NCBI GenBank assembly: GCA_004764695.1 | Contig: SMSO01000014.1 | Span: 2,537,648-2,601,647, forward strand | Length of the DNA stretch: 64,000 nt | Direction: 5' to 3' | Source of the DNA: Schizochytrium sp. TIO01 | Lineage: Eukaryota; Protista; Bigyra: Labyrinthulomycetes | In this document: positions 1 through 10,953 of the stretch, piece after piece | Layout: each line of letters starts with the position of its first letter | Position numbering within the stretch: the first letter of the stretch is position 1 | Program-made: the position numbers and the translations under genes | Notes under the pieces: model-generated | Seen by the model: the letters and a program-made list of their open reading frames with translations, nothing else | Told to the model about the DNA's origin: nothing | Database searches by the model: none

Positions 1-1170
1 GTGCCACGGCGGGACCCCTGCTGCAGCACGAGCTTGCTTCAGTTCTGGAGAACAGCAGTTGTCATCATCACAAGTGTTACAAAGCACAACAATACCGAGA
101 TGGTCAAATCCTCCAGATCGAACAACAGCGCGCTGAATGCGACTTGTAATACGACGCGTACGAAACAGAACTAAATCTCCTTCAGCAAGTTGCCCAAGCA
201 CGTCAAAGAAACCTACATGCTCATATTTCGACGGATCAAAAGATCTTAGAAATCGAAAGAACTTTGTGCTTCGGATTCCTTCAGAACTCGAACTCGCATG
301 TGATGAGGCGATGTTCTTACTAAATCCTCTTTTTCTTCTGCTCAAATCCTCATGTTTCCTATGTTCACCCACACTACCTTCAGAAAAGGAGTGGGAGCTG
401 GAGTGTGATCGCTGTTCTGCTGGGTCGTCGTCCCCCATCTGTGTGTTTGTCTTCGGTAGGATTAAGACTCTAGAACCTACAGTTGATCTTTTTGCCTTCA
501 GTAGCTTTTTGGGACGACCGTCACCATCAACTCCCTCTTTATCTTCTGGATGTGCATTTGGTTGAGTATCATTAGATAGTTCTCGTTCAGAAGCAGAGCC
601 ATCTGCCTCTTCTTCCTCATCGAGGTCATTTTCCTCCTCGTCTTCTCCTTCGCCACTACGTTGCAACGGATGATAATATACCTCCCTGGTTGAAGAATTC
701 CCTGAATAGGATCTGGTATCTTTACGCCCTGGTCTTTTGAGATCGCTCTTTCCCTTCTCGTCATAAGGCATATCTAAACTCGAAAGCAGATTTTCCGCGA
801 GATCTTTATCAAATGTCTTGATATCACAAAGTTCTTTGCTTGTACCGTCTTGCCCACCAAGATGCAACTGTTGTTCCTGCCCACTTGATGATTGACGTTG
901 TTGTTGATTCCGGTTTTCTGTGAGGCGCGTCTCGTGTCGACCGTGAAGTACGTGCCGGCCTTCGTGAAGCTGGTGCTGTTGCAGCTGCTCTTGTTTAAGT
1001 TGCTGCCGAGCCTGGTGTCCATATTGAAGACCATGTTGGTGATCCTGTTGATGCTGTTCTTGCGTGTGCGGACTGGCCGAGGTGCCACTTTCTGGGTGTT
1101 TCTTGTCCTGGTCACTTGAGCTGTGTGGCGGACCTCGTAGACACCGAGGAATCAACCGAAGCCGAGGCAT
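1..1170 (-). CDS. Permuted papain-like NlpC/P60 (YiiX/YebB-like) domain protein with long Q/H/acidic disordered N-terminus; 3' end outside window
   Basis: Manually translated open frame from ATG at 1170 to the window edge (390 codons, no stop). It ends ...VLGQLAEGDLVLFRTRRITSRIQRAVVRSGGFDHLGIVVLC..., matching the GDxxLF...(s/d)HxGIV start of permuted NlpC/P60 enzymes. Absent from the ORF track because the stop lies outside the window. Confidence 0.7.
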   Translation of the reverse strand, partial: MPRLRLIPRCLRGPPHSSSDQDKKHPESGTSASPHTQEQHQQDHQHGLQYGHQARQQLKQEQLQQHQLHEGRHVLHGRHETRLTENRNQQQRQSSSGQEQQLHLGGQDGTSKELCDIKTFDKDLAENLLSSLDMPYDEKGKSDLKRPGRKDTRSYSGNSSTREVYYHPLQRSGEGEDEEENDLDEEEEADGSASERELSNDTQPNAHPEDKEGVDGDGRPKKLLKAKRSTVGSRVLILPKTNTQMGDDDPAEQRSHSSSHSFSEGSVGEHRKHEDLSRRKRGFSKNIASSHASSSSEGIRSTKFFRFLRSFDPSKYEHVGFFDVLGQLAEGDLVLFRTRRITSRIQRAVVRSGGFDHLGIVVLCNTCDDDNCCSPELKQARAAAGVPPWH

Positions 1171-1218
1171 ATCGGCCCGCGGCTGTCCCAAACCCACCAA
1201 GACCGATGCCACTCGGGT

Positions 1219-1590
1219 CTGATGAAAGTAGTAGTACTAGTGTTACCATTCACAACTTCAACACTTGAAGAACATAATTTTACCAAAGTCTTCGTTGAAA
1301 GGAAGTAAAAAGAATACTTAACAAACAAATAAACAAACAACCAAACAAACAAACAAACAAACAAACAAACAAACAAACAAACAAACAAACAACCAAACAA
1401 ACAAACAAACAAACAAACAAACAAACAAACAAACAAACAAACAAACAAACAAACAAACAAACAAACAAACAAACAAACAAACAAACAAACAAACAAACAA
1501 AGAATGAACAGGACTCATAATGAAAGCTAAAATCGCCTTTTCCTCTGGCTACCCTTTCCGCCTCAAGACGTGGCTTGAGTTCAAGTTTAC
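1219..1590 (-). other. Candidate 5'-UTR intron of the NlpC/P60-like gene containing the (TTTG)n tract
   Basis: Minus-strand CAG|GTAAAC donor at 1590 and ctactactttcatcAG acceptor at 1219, ~50 nt before the ATG. Confidence 0.35.
1320..1500. repeat. (AAAC)n tetranucleotide microsatellite, ~180 bp
   Basis: Directly visible; a few AACC/AAAT variants. Confidence 0.98.
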
Positions 1591-3427
1591 CTGTACAATA
1601 GTCTCCAGGGACACCAAAGAACACGATGCAATCGCCACCAAATACAAAGCCTTAGGCTGGCAGAGCCAAAGGATGGTCACGGCGCAGGCAGCAGCTTGAA
1701 GCGACACGCACACGTTCTGCTCGACGAAAGAAAGGACTTTCACAAATAACAAAAACAAAAACACCCGAAACAAGCAACCAACAAAAGACAGCGCAGTAGA
1801 ACCCTCTACGCCTCAGATAGAGCCGCGACGGGAATACAATTATTTGCAATTCTTCCATCGCCATTCATAATTCATCTTTCTTTCCCTCATAAGTGCGTTA
1901 GTTAGTTCTTCATGAGCACCTCATTATATCTTCATAATCTATTGAAAGGAGGAGGTAAGGTAAGAACTGCCTACCGCGCACTGCCTTCTTCTATCTACGA
2001 AGACAACATGAGCTATTTCATCTTGCCCTCAAGTCAAATGCAAACAAACACGCATTCCAAAATAATAAAACGACATGAAATGTGATACGCAGGTATCATA
2101 TCAAAACGAGATACCCGATTGATAGGTCTCTACACTATATATCTCCACGTGATTCTCAACTATTAAAAATAAAAATAAAAATAGATTAGATTCCTTTCTT
2201 TCTTTTCTTTCTTTTCTTTCTTTCTTTCTTTCTTTTACAAAGAAAATGAAGAATGAAAATGAAATTACAGGAACAATCATAGAGATAATAAGGATTAAAA
2301 ACCAGGCCACTTCTAGTCGCCGGTTAGCAGGAATAGTGGGGCAAGGAAGAAAAGAAAAAGACGAAAAGAGAAGCGAACGAAATGTACAAAGACGCCGCGG
2401 CGGTGATCCATTTCTTAGCGAAAGCCGCACTCTTCTCGCAAAGACTCTGACACAACCTCGGTTAAGGAAATGGAGCCAAGCCCGAGGAGCTCCGGGGCCG
2501 CCCGAATGCGTGACATTGTCGCTGCGAGCACCTCGGCGGCATCGAGAGGAAGGGTTTTGGCCACCCCCAGAACTGGCGAAATTACAGAATCAGCAGTGAT
2601 AAAAACGAATGCACAGGCGTACGGCGATCTCGGATTTCAGAACTCCATCGCGCGCAAGAGGAGACAAATGCCGTGAAGGAGTGGCGGTCGTGCGCAGCCC
2701 GGCAGAGAAGGACGCAGAGGCTTTTATACAGAGCAGTTTTCACACAGATTAGCTGTTCTTGGCAATGTAGTGCGACTACAGAATGCCTGGCGAAAGCGCG
2801 AGAGGCAAACAATTCGCCTTTCCAGCATCCAGGTGCTTCGAGAGCAGCGAATCATTTCGCCCAGCATTAGCAACAACAACTGACAAGCGCGCATGGCAAT
2901 CCTGAAGGTCCTCGTTCTCCAATCCCTTGCAACGTCCTTCTCCAAACCCTCGTCGTTGCAACAGCCTTGAAGAAGCTGTAGGTCTCTCTCTATCTCTCTA
3001 CAAAGCGTGCTCGGGGCGGCCAGCACAGACGCTGGCAAGGAGATGCGAAGCAGGCAAGTTGGCGTCCATTTCATGGCATTCGATTGCTTCTTCAAAGGCG
3101 ACCAGGCCACTCGAAATGCATCGTAAGTGCAGCCTTTAAGGCGGCGAGTCCTGGACCCTGCAAGACCGTAGACTCACTCGTGTGCATGCATGCTTGCATG
3201 CCACTTGCCACAGAGTCTGCACTGCGCTGCGTACGATTGGTTTCCTGGCCGCACGCCTATACCTCGCAGCTCGAAGATATGCGCATGCCAGGCCCCCGTT
3301 CGAAAAGGACTGAGATCCCGCAATCCCTTAAGATGGTCGGCTTTGGCTTCCCACAATTTATGTTGTCGTTTATCTAAACTCCTAAGAATTGCGCAAAAAC
3401 GAATGAAGTAACTTCATTGAGTCTCTC

Positions 3428-3508
3428 CATTAAAGAGAGAGGGAACTGCACGAAGCTAAAGCAAGATCTTTTACGTCTTCATTAAAGAGAGAGGGAACTG
3501 CATGAAGC
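3428..3508 (+). repeat. Short direct repeat CATTAAAGAGAGAGGGAACTGCA x2 (52-bp period)
   Basis: Copies at 3428-3450 and 3480-3502, each followed by (C/T)GAAGC. Confidence 0.85.
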
Positions 3509-4007
3509 CAAAGGAAAGGCTGTCTTTTACAGACCTACTTAGAATGAGCTTGAAACGAGCCTAAGCGTTATCACGGAGGAACAAATGGTGACCTTGAAAA
3601 GAATCGAAAGGAATGCCGAAGATATAAGATTTAACACCACCATTACCTTGGATACCTAGGATACTACTGCTACTACCACTGATATGTAGGTGCTACTGCT
3701 AGGAACTAATATGTTATAGTAATAGTGCAGTACGACTTGGTATGTGAGCGAGCCTAATAACTTTTTAAGAGTCGCTCGAAAGCGAGTGAGCGTTATGGGT
3801 CTTCTCGAGTGCGCGAGGCTCGCCACCATAGACATGGAGGAGCCATGGAGGAGCCCATGCAGAACGATTAGTTGAAGCTTGACAACCGAGAAGTTGTTGA
3901 GCGAGACTAAGGAGTACACAAAAGAGAAACTCGGTGTTGTGCTGATCACGGAGTGTTTGTGTTTTAAAAGGTAGAATCTCTTTTGGGGTTGGATCTCAGA
4001 CTTAAAG

Positions 4008-4770
4008 ATGTCGGGAGCAAAGCGCAGGACCAAGTACCGCAAGCACGTGGAGACCAATATGCTTGAAGGTCTTCCTGAGCCTGGGGAGGGCGAGGAGATC
4101 GTTCGTGTGCAGGCACTCTGTGGTGGAAATATGCTCGAAGTTGCAGATCACGAAGGTGAATCTGCGCTCTGCCTGCTGCCAGCCAAATTCCGCAAGCTCG
4201 TATGGATTAAGCGTGGAAACTACCTTATTGCCAGCAAATCTGACGATGATTACGTCACAGCCACTGGCGCAAAGGGCAGAGTGAAATATACGGTGATTCC
4301 ACATTCTTTTCAAGGACCAGATTAAACATTTGCAACAGGCTGACCTCTGGCCAGCAGGCTTCACGCAGAGTGATGAAGATGAGGAGGATGAAGCAATAGA
4401 CAAGACTGCCAACGAGCTCGAAGGCATGGGCCTCGAAGACGATGATAGCGGTGACGATGATGCCGAAGATGGAGAAAACTCAGATAGCGACGAAGATAGC
4501 CTCGGCGAGATGTTTGGAGGAAACCCTAACCGTCGACGTGCAGCTATGATGGAGGACTCCGACTCCGAGTCTGAATCTGAGTCCGAGCAAGAAGACGGTG
4601 ACGAGGAAGCTAGTGAGGACGAAAACAATCATGTCAACAAAGGTCAGGAGCTTCAGACGATTAATTCTTCTTCTGCCTCGATTGATGAATCCCAAGAATC
4701 AGCCAAACCCGCCTCCTCGGCCTCCCAGGAAAGTGCTCCTGCGGCCCAGGTGGAACCTGCAAATGTCTGA
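4008..4770 (+). CDS. EIF1AD: Probable RNA-binding protein eIF1AD (eIF1A-like OB fold plus acidic tail); one +1 frameshift near 4296-4300
   Basis: IVRVQALCGGNMLEV...LLPAKFRKLVWIKRGNYLI is the eIF1AD signature. Removing one base at ATTCCAC gives ...VIHILFKDQIKHLQQADLWPAGF, joining ORFs 4008-4325 and 4330-4770. Confidence 0.85.
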
Positions 4771-5926
4771 TCATGTACATAGCCTGCACGTGCCAACTTT
4801 CACGAGACCGCATGCTTAGTTTTCTACATGCCATGCAGCGGTGTAGAATTAGAATTTCGCTTGACTGCCTTGGCCTTTGGTATATGAAACACTCCACTGT
4901 TGGAAACGTGAGTTTTATCTTTTTTTGGCGTTCCTTTCACTAGGAAAAGTAACTATTACGAATATTCTTTGATGTGTTGTTCCTTTGGTTATGTTCCATG
5001 CTTTACCTTTTGCTGTGCTTTAAAAGCTACTGTAGTTTTCATTTATTAAGTAGTGCATGTTTCTTTTCCTTCCTCCTTCTTCTTCTTCTTTGAAATCGAA
5101 GTTCTCTTTCAAAATAGATTGACAAATCATAACTTTCAGATTTTGGTCTGTAGAAAGTGTTTCGTTGGTAAACTGTTTCCAACAATGAAATTATACCTCA
5201 CAGAAACTGAACAGTCATAAACACGTGATTATTTGTGACTTATGTGCCATAGTAGTTGGGAAAGAAAGTGGTCACTTGGGCCTAGTTTCTGTCTCTGCAT
5301 TTCCTTTGACCTTTGACTTCTACTGCAGCCTTGATTTTCTAAGAAGATATACTTCAATATTATTTGATACGATAACCTTAGTCATGCTTTGAAATTAATT
5401 TTGATAAGTTTGCTTATCCCAACCCATCTACCGTTGCAATTCATTTTTAATTGCATATTGCGCAAGAATTGCACATAAAACAAACTATCATCCAGTATTT
5501 AAAGTACTAGTTTCACAACCATACTCATGAAAGGTTGCTCGTTATCTTTGACAACTCCAGGGAGTGCCATGCTGAGAATAAGTACCTGAATAATTTCTCA
5601 ATATTTGGGTACTATTGAGTACTAGTTACAGAAAACTTCAGGAAGCAAGAACAAAAAAATGGTTGTAGGAAGAGGAGGTGAGACAACTTGAACTTTGCAC
5701 AGCCCGCCTGTGTATCTAACAATTTGTTCTGCAATTAAACATTACTGCCAGCTCACAGATTCTCGCTGTGAACAATATAAATTTAAAATCGAAAAAGAAG
5801 TAGGTCAAGAAAGTTATTCTCAGGTAGTTATTATTATTTTCTAAAACAGCAACCTTTGCCAAACCCAAAACATCAGTGCCGGAGTCATCGCGTCCCTCGT
5901 GCGCCAGGAGACAAAGTTCTTTAAAG

Positions 5927-6850
5927 ATGGGAGGTGGCGAAGTCTCTTCTCCAACTCCGGTTGCTCATGGCAACGTCGAAGCTGTTGAAGCAGACGCAAC
6001 AGGAGCCGTGGGCCTCAACGAGCAGCAGCAAGCCACGACATCCACCCCGAACGAGGATGGCCCTGTTTCTTCGTCCACAAGTGCCGGTCCTAAGATCAAA
6101 GTTCTTTCTTTCGACCTTGATGACACCATTTTTGAGTGCTGGCCTGTGTTGAATCGTGCTGCAAAAGCACAGTATGATTACCTCGAGTTTAGCTTTCCCA
6201 CGCTTGCAGAGCAGGTACCGCTCAACCGCTTCAAAGAACTCTTTAAAGAGGTCATGTCCGAGAACGAAGACAAAAAGCATGATCTTACATACATCCGCAA
6301 GAAAACCCTAGCGCGCGCAGCAGAGATTTCGGGCCATGATCCTGAACAGGTTGTTGAACCCGCATTTGAGGCTTTTATTCGTGCCCGAAATGACGTTGAA
6401 TCGCATATTTTCCCTGGTGTGCTTGATGCGCTGATGCGGTTCAAAGCGCAAGGCTACCGCTTAGTGACGCTTACTAATGGAAATTGTGATGTCTCCGCTG
6501 TGAGAGCCTTTGTGGAGCCAGAGTCAATCTTTGACTTTTCTGTGACCGCTGAAAGTGCAGGTGCAGCGAAGCCGGATGCACGTCCCTTTCAAGAGATTAT
6601 GAACCTTACTGGAGTTTCTCACCCTTCTGAGATTCTACATATTGGTGATTCCATTTCAAGCGATGTAGAGGGAGCAAGGGAATTTGGGATGCGCACGGTG
6701 TGGGTGAATCGTGAAGGCGTAGACCTGGAACACAACGCTGACCATGTGGTACGTTGCGTTTCAGAGATCGATGAAGCAGTTCTGGATAAAATCCACTCAA
6801 TACTGCATGCGCCTAAAGATACTATTGTGCCGACAAATATTTCACCATGA
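5927..6850 (+). CDS. HAD-superfamily hydrolase, YigB/NANP-like phosphatase
   Basis: Motif I FDLDDT, motif II LTNGN, motif III AKPD, motif IV HIGDSISSDVEGA; first in-frame ATG at 5927. Confidence 0.9.
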   Translation: MGGGEVSSPTPVAHGNVEAVEADATGAVGLNEQQQATTSTPNEDGPVSSSTSAGPKIKVLSFDLDDTIFECWPVLNRAAKAQYDYLEFSFPTLAEQVPLNRFKELFKEVMSENEDKKHDLTYIRKKTLARAAEISGHDPEQVVEPAFEAFIRARNDVESHIFPGVLDALMRFKAQGYRLVTLTNGNCDVSAVRAFVEPESIFDFSVTAESAGAAKPDARPFQEIMNLTGVSHPSEILHIGDSISSDVEGAREFGMRTVWVNREGVDLEHNADHVVRCVSEIDEAVLDKIHSILHAPKDTIVPTNISP

Positions 6851-7121
6851 AGGTGAAGTGGAGTAGAACTCATCAAGTATTAAAGCATAATTATTTTATA
6901 AAGAAAGAGCTCACGTATAAATGTACTTCTAGAGGATTACAGGATCATCTCATTAGTACAAATTAGGAAGACTCGAAAGGTCAATATAGGTACAACAGTG
7001 TTTCTAGTTTAGTGTGGAATACAGGAACCTAACCATGTTATTTTATTTATAAAACTATTCTAATGCAGTAGCCTATATAGCATCTCTTTTTTCGTCCTCA
7101 GATTCTAAAAACCCATTTTTT

Positions 7122-10085
7122 CTAAAGCTGGAAGAGCTGAAGAGCAGATGCTAGTTCATTTGATGTAAGCGCACCCAACATGGATTCTGAGGTAAAATTA
7201 ATAACCTGTTCAAGCTCAGCACCGTCAGGAGGATTTTCAAAACATAGAAGAAACCGGCGGGCGCCATCAAAGGCCCCGAGTTGATCACGAGCAGCTTTGA
7301 AAGGCCTGGTCTGAGCCTGAGTAGCACCATGACCTGTAAGAGCAGCATCGTACGAGTTCAGAAGAATAGTCCACATTGTCTGCTGAAGAACCACAAGCGA
7401 CTCAACAAGTGCTTGTACCTGATCTTTTCCAAATCCAGGGTTATGAGCCACGGAATTTGCGCTATCCTCGGCACCAGAAGGTCCCTTCCCAAGGCTAGGT
7501 TTGCGAGCATGACGTCCAAAACTACGGGACAGAATACTCGATGAACGGTTTTGATTTGAAGCAGATGATGCACTCAAATAGTGCTCATGATAGGTGCGTA
7601 AGCTTCGTAAGACAAGTTCTGCCAACAGTACACAAAGGGAACGGACTACATATGAGTGATGGGAAGCACTCAATGTATTGCTAATAGAACGAGCGCATCG
7701 AACTAAGTCTTGCGCGAGCGCTGCACCAGCAGTTGATGACTCGGCATCACGATGAGCCATTTCGGAAGGAAGGGTTTGCAACGAAATGATGCTACGCACT
7801 CGTAGCTCTGATCGTAATGAAAACAAGCAGCGCTCAGCAATGTCATCTAGCTTGTTGAGCAATGATCGAATGTTAGGCCGATTGAAGATTTGCTCCATTC
7901 GTTGACGGTGCATGTGCTGAAGAAACAGCGGGTGCATTGCGCTCTCGCGATCGTGAATATCAGTAAGAACGAGGGAACGAAAAAGCAAGTCACATGTCCC
8001 GTGGATTGAGGCCAAACGGCCCATTAGAGGAGCTGACAAAAGTTGCTCCGAGGTTGCACTTGGCACCTTAGGAAGCAATTTGGAGGCAAGTTTAAGCTCT
8101 TCATCCCGTTCCAGTTTGATAAAGTTTTTCGCAGCCTGACGAAACTTTTCTTCATCATCTAGCTCTTGCGAGCCGGCTGCAATGAGAGCAAGATAATTTG
8201 GATCCTCTTTTAAGAGACTCCGAAGCTTCAGCATCCATGACTGGCATAACCGGCCCTGCAGGATCGTTTTAGTCTCCTCACCACAATATTCGATAAAAAA
8301 GGTAAGGAAATCAGCTATAACCGAGCTAAGATCACACTTGATGGGCGCAAGGGACTCAACACATTCTGAAATGCGCAAGAGCTCCCTGCACAGCGTTGTG
8401 CCCAGGTTTGTACGGCAAACGCAAATCTCGGCTGCAGTTGGAACCTTGGACTCCGACAAATGTTTCTCTGCAGACAATGGGTTAGTAGAGTCTGTGCCAA
8501 GATCGCTAGCACGTTGCAAAGCAAAATCGCCATGCAAAGTTCGCTGCAAGTTATTTAGGCCATCAAGCTGCATTTGCGGCATCAAAACAGTCTTACAGAA
8601 ATCATTGACGTAGCTCAGAAGCTGGGATTTACCGTGCATGTGCGCGACTTCGTCACCATATTTAGAAAAGTCCACTAGAAGAGAAACGAGACCCAACATG
8701 CGGTAAGACGAAGGCCGACAGATAGGAGTACGATTGATGTTTACAATCGCCGAACTTGAGTGTCCTGCTCGCGTTTTTTCGATTGTTTCAGCCCGTAGTC
8801 TATTGAACGAAAATCTTGTATTAGCAACCTTTTCTCCATCCACATTGGCTGATGTACTAAAGCTTTCACCACGGTTGCTCTCTGACAATGAAAGAAGAAC
8901 TGAGCCATTGCCATTTGCACCACGCAGTGAAGGACTAGTCAGCCCACCTCCAAAACTTGATTGTGCAGCTAGGTGCAGCTCAAGTAGCTGCTGGAGCTCG
9001 ACCTGGATTAGACTCCAAGTGTCTTGGACAGCATATTCACGGTCGGCAAGATCTGGATCTTCGCGGCGCAAAATTTGGGCGAACTGTACATGTCGATTAA
9101 AGATAGCCGTAAAGTCCGATAGCACTTCGCGAAAAAGGTTCTTCAGACGTACGTCATCAACAGTATGCATAGACACTGCGAGACCAATTGGTGTTTTAAA
9201 CCGGCGCGCAGCTTCCATGTGCTTATCGATGCGTGTTGACAGCTGCTCATGAAGGCTGACCTTGACATCGTGGAGAGCAGTTTGGAGACGACCAAGCTTA
9301 TTCAAGGCAATAACAATAGAGTCCAAACTTAAGACTGCACGACTAGAGAGTTTCTGGGAGGCATCGATTCCAGTAGCGTCTTTCTTCTTTTTTCTAGTCA
9401 GTGCTTGGTCACCTAGGGATTTATCTTCATGAGCTAAATACCCAAGCAACGAGTCAATGAGAACGTTATGGATACGCTCTCGATATGAAACAAGCTCGCC
9501 CTGAATCTCATCTAAGGCTTTAATTGTGCTTAAGTCTGAGCCAAAAACAAGCCCGTACACACGTTGAAACTTCTCAACGCATTCTACGTACCGTTCTTCG
9601 CGAAGCAGCTGGTCTAAGGTTCGTGGGGCTGCCTTGATTTCCTCAAGCTGTGTCAGTAGTTCGAGTACACGTTCCTGCTGGATCTTCTGAAACCACAGCT
9701 GCTTCAAATTACGTTTTCTATTTACCAGCGTTGCTTTACTTTGATCCACATAATCTTTGAGCAACCTGACTTTTCGTTGGGCGTCAGTGAACTCCTGAAA
9801 AATAGAACTAAAGCTCCTCACGGAGTTCGTGAATCCTCTGTAGTTGCCATCCACAATACTGTCAAGTTCACGTTCAATTTTGGCCAAATCTTCCCTATAG
9901 GCAGACTTTTCTGCTTCATCGACTCCCACGCTCACCAGACCTTCCGAGTCTACTTGTTGCCGCTGCGATCGAAGCCGTGCTCCTGCCTCGGCTTTACTCC
10001 GCGACCGCTCGAGCGTGTTCACCACGTATGGAATGGCTGAAAACTCCTTTTCATCCTTGAAGTACTCAGGGTCTACGTCCTCCAT
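7122..10085 (-). CDS. SEC8: Exocyst complex component Sec8/EXOC4
   Basis: N-terminal LDSIVDGNYRGFTNSVRSFSSI...LKQLW...LELLTQLEEIKAAP typical of Sec8; C-terminal CLFSLRSELRVR; 987-aa helical protein. Confidence 0.85.
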   Translation of the reverse strand: MEDVDPEYFKDEKEFSAIPYVVNTLERSRSKAEAGARLRSQRQQVDSEGLVSVGVDEAEKSAYREDLAKIERELDSIVDGNYRGFTNSVRSFSSIFQEFTDAQRKVRLLKDYVDQSKATLVNRKRNLKQLWFQKIQQERVLELLTQLEEIKAAPRTLDQLLREERYVECVEKFQRVYGLVFGSDLSTIKALDEIQGELVSYRERIHNVLIDSLLGYLAHEDKSLGDQALTRKKKKDATGIDASQKLSSRAVLSLDSIVIALNKLGRLQTALHDVKVSLHEQLSTRIDKHMEAARRFKTPIGLAVSMHTVDDVRLKNLFREVLSDFTAIFNRHVQFAQILRREDPDLADREYAVQDTWSLIQVELQQLLELHLAAQSSFGGGLTSPSLRGANGNGSVLLSLSESNRGESFSTSANVDGEKVANTRFSFNRLRAETIEKTRAGHSSSAIVNINRTPICRPSSYRMLGLVSLLVDFSKYGDEVAHMHGKSQLLSYVNDFCKTVLMPQMQLDGLNNLQRTLHGDFALQRASDLGTDSTNPLSAEKHLSESKVPTAAEICVCRTNLGTTLCRELLRISECVESLAPIKCDLSSVIADFLTFFIEYCGEETKTILQGRLCQSWMLKLRSLLKEDPNYLALIAAGSQELDDEEKFRQAAKNFIKLERDEELKLASKLLPKVPSATSEQLLSAPLMGRLASIHGTCDLLFRSLVLTDIHDRESAMHPLFLQHMHRQRMEQIFNRPNIRSLLNKLDDIAERCLFSLRSELRVRSIISLQTLPSEMAHRDAESSTAGAALAQDLVRCARSISNTLSASHHSYVVRSLCVLLAELVLRSLRTYHEHYLSASSASNQNRSSSILSRSFGRHARKPSLGKGPSGAEDSANSVAHNPGFGKDQVQALVESLVVLQQTMWTILLNSYDAALTGHGATQAQTRPFKAARDQLGAFDGARRFLLCFENPPDGAELEQVINFTSESMLGALTSNELASALQLFQL

Positions 10086-10953
10086 CTTCTGTGACCTTCA
10101 CAACAGCCAAAGATACGAAGGCTTGTTGTGTGGAGAGGCCTGCTGGCCTCCACCGTCAAACGAGAATTGCACGGCTCCCAACAGTGATGGTGCTACAGCT
10201 GGAGTTCAAGATAATACCTCGTACTACCTACAATGATCTGACGACGATTTCCATCGGGTCATACTTAATTAAATTAATAAAACATTAGCAGTCACTAGGG
10301 TACTTTGAGGTTCATCGCCTATAAATAACTATCTGCACGGTGCAAAGCACTTGTGGAACTTTGGGAACTAATAGATCTTGAGGAACTGGGGTCCTCGGAG
10401 TACACAACAGTGGGGGGCGCGGGAGCCTTGGAGTCAGAGTTGCGTTGGCTATTTTTTGGGCGGCTTCATTGGGCCTCCGTGAGAGCTTCGCTGCAACGAT
10501 GTTGGATTCTCGACGCCTCTCAAACCTGAAATTTCGAGGACTGGGGAAGGTAGAGACTGCAGCCAAATCACAGGTATACATACATACAGATAGATATAAC
10601 ACTGCGCTTCGAAAGAAGCCTAGGGTACGGGTTGGGGGAAGATTGAAGTTTAGTTGAGTGAGAGAAAGGCAACGTTTACTTTCAACAGCAACTTTGCGTG
10701 CAGCTGGCTGAGAGAGCAAAACCAGAAAGGACTCGAACAGGATATTGTAAAGAGTGAAGTAATAGTCGGGCTTGTTTTGCCTGGATGCAATAGATACTAA
10801 AAGGCTTCGGGTGTACTGCAACGCGAGTCCAACACGAGTTACGGGGGATCGAGTCACACATTCTAGAAGGAGAAATCTACCCCGAAAGACCACGAGCACC
10901 CGCAGACAACATTGGAGTAAATCCATAATTATCATTTGATCCTCTAGATCACG

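Noticed and set aside
1152-1624. ORFs reading (FVCL)n
   Set aside because: Translations of the (AAAC)n microsatellite.
2101-3411. Several 60-130-aa ORFs on both strands
   Set aside because: No recognisable motifs; overlapping and mostly non-ATG starts.
10312-10935. 207-aa minus-strand ORF between SEC8 and the SDR
   Set aside because: Occupies the divergent promoter; no domain and no coding-like composition.
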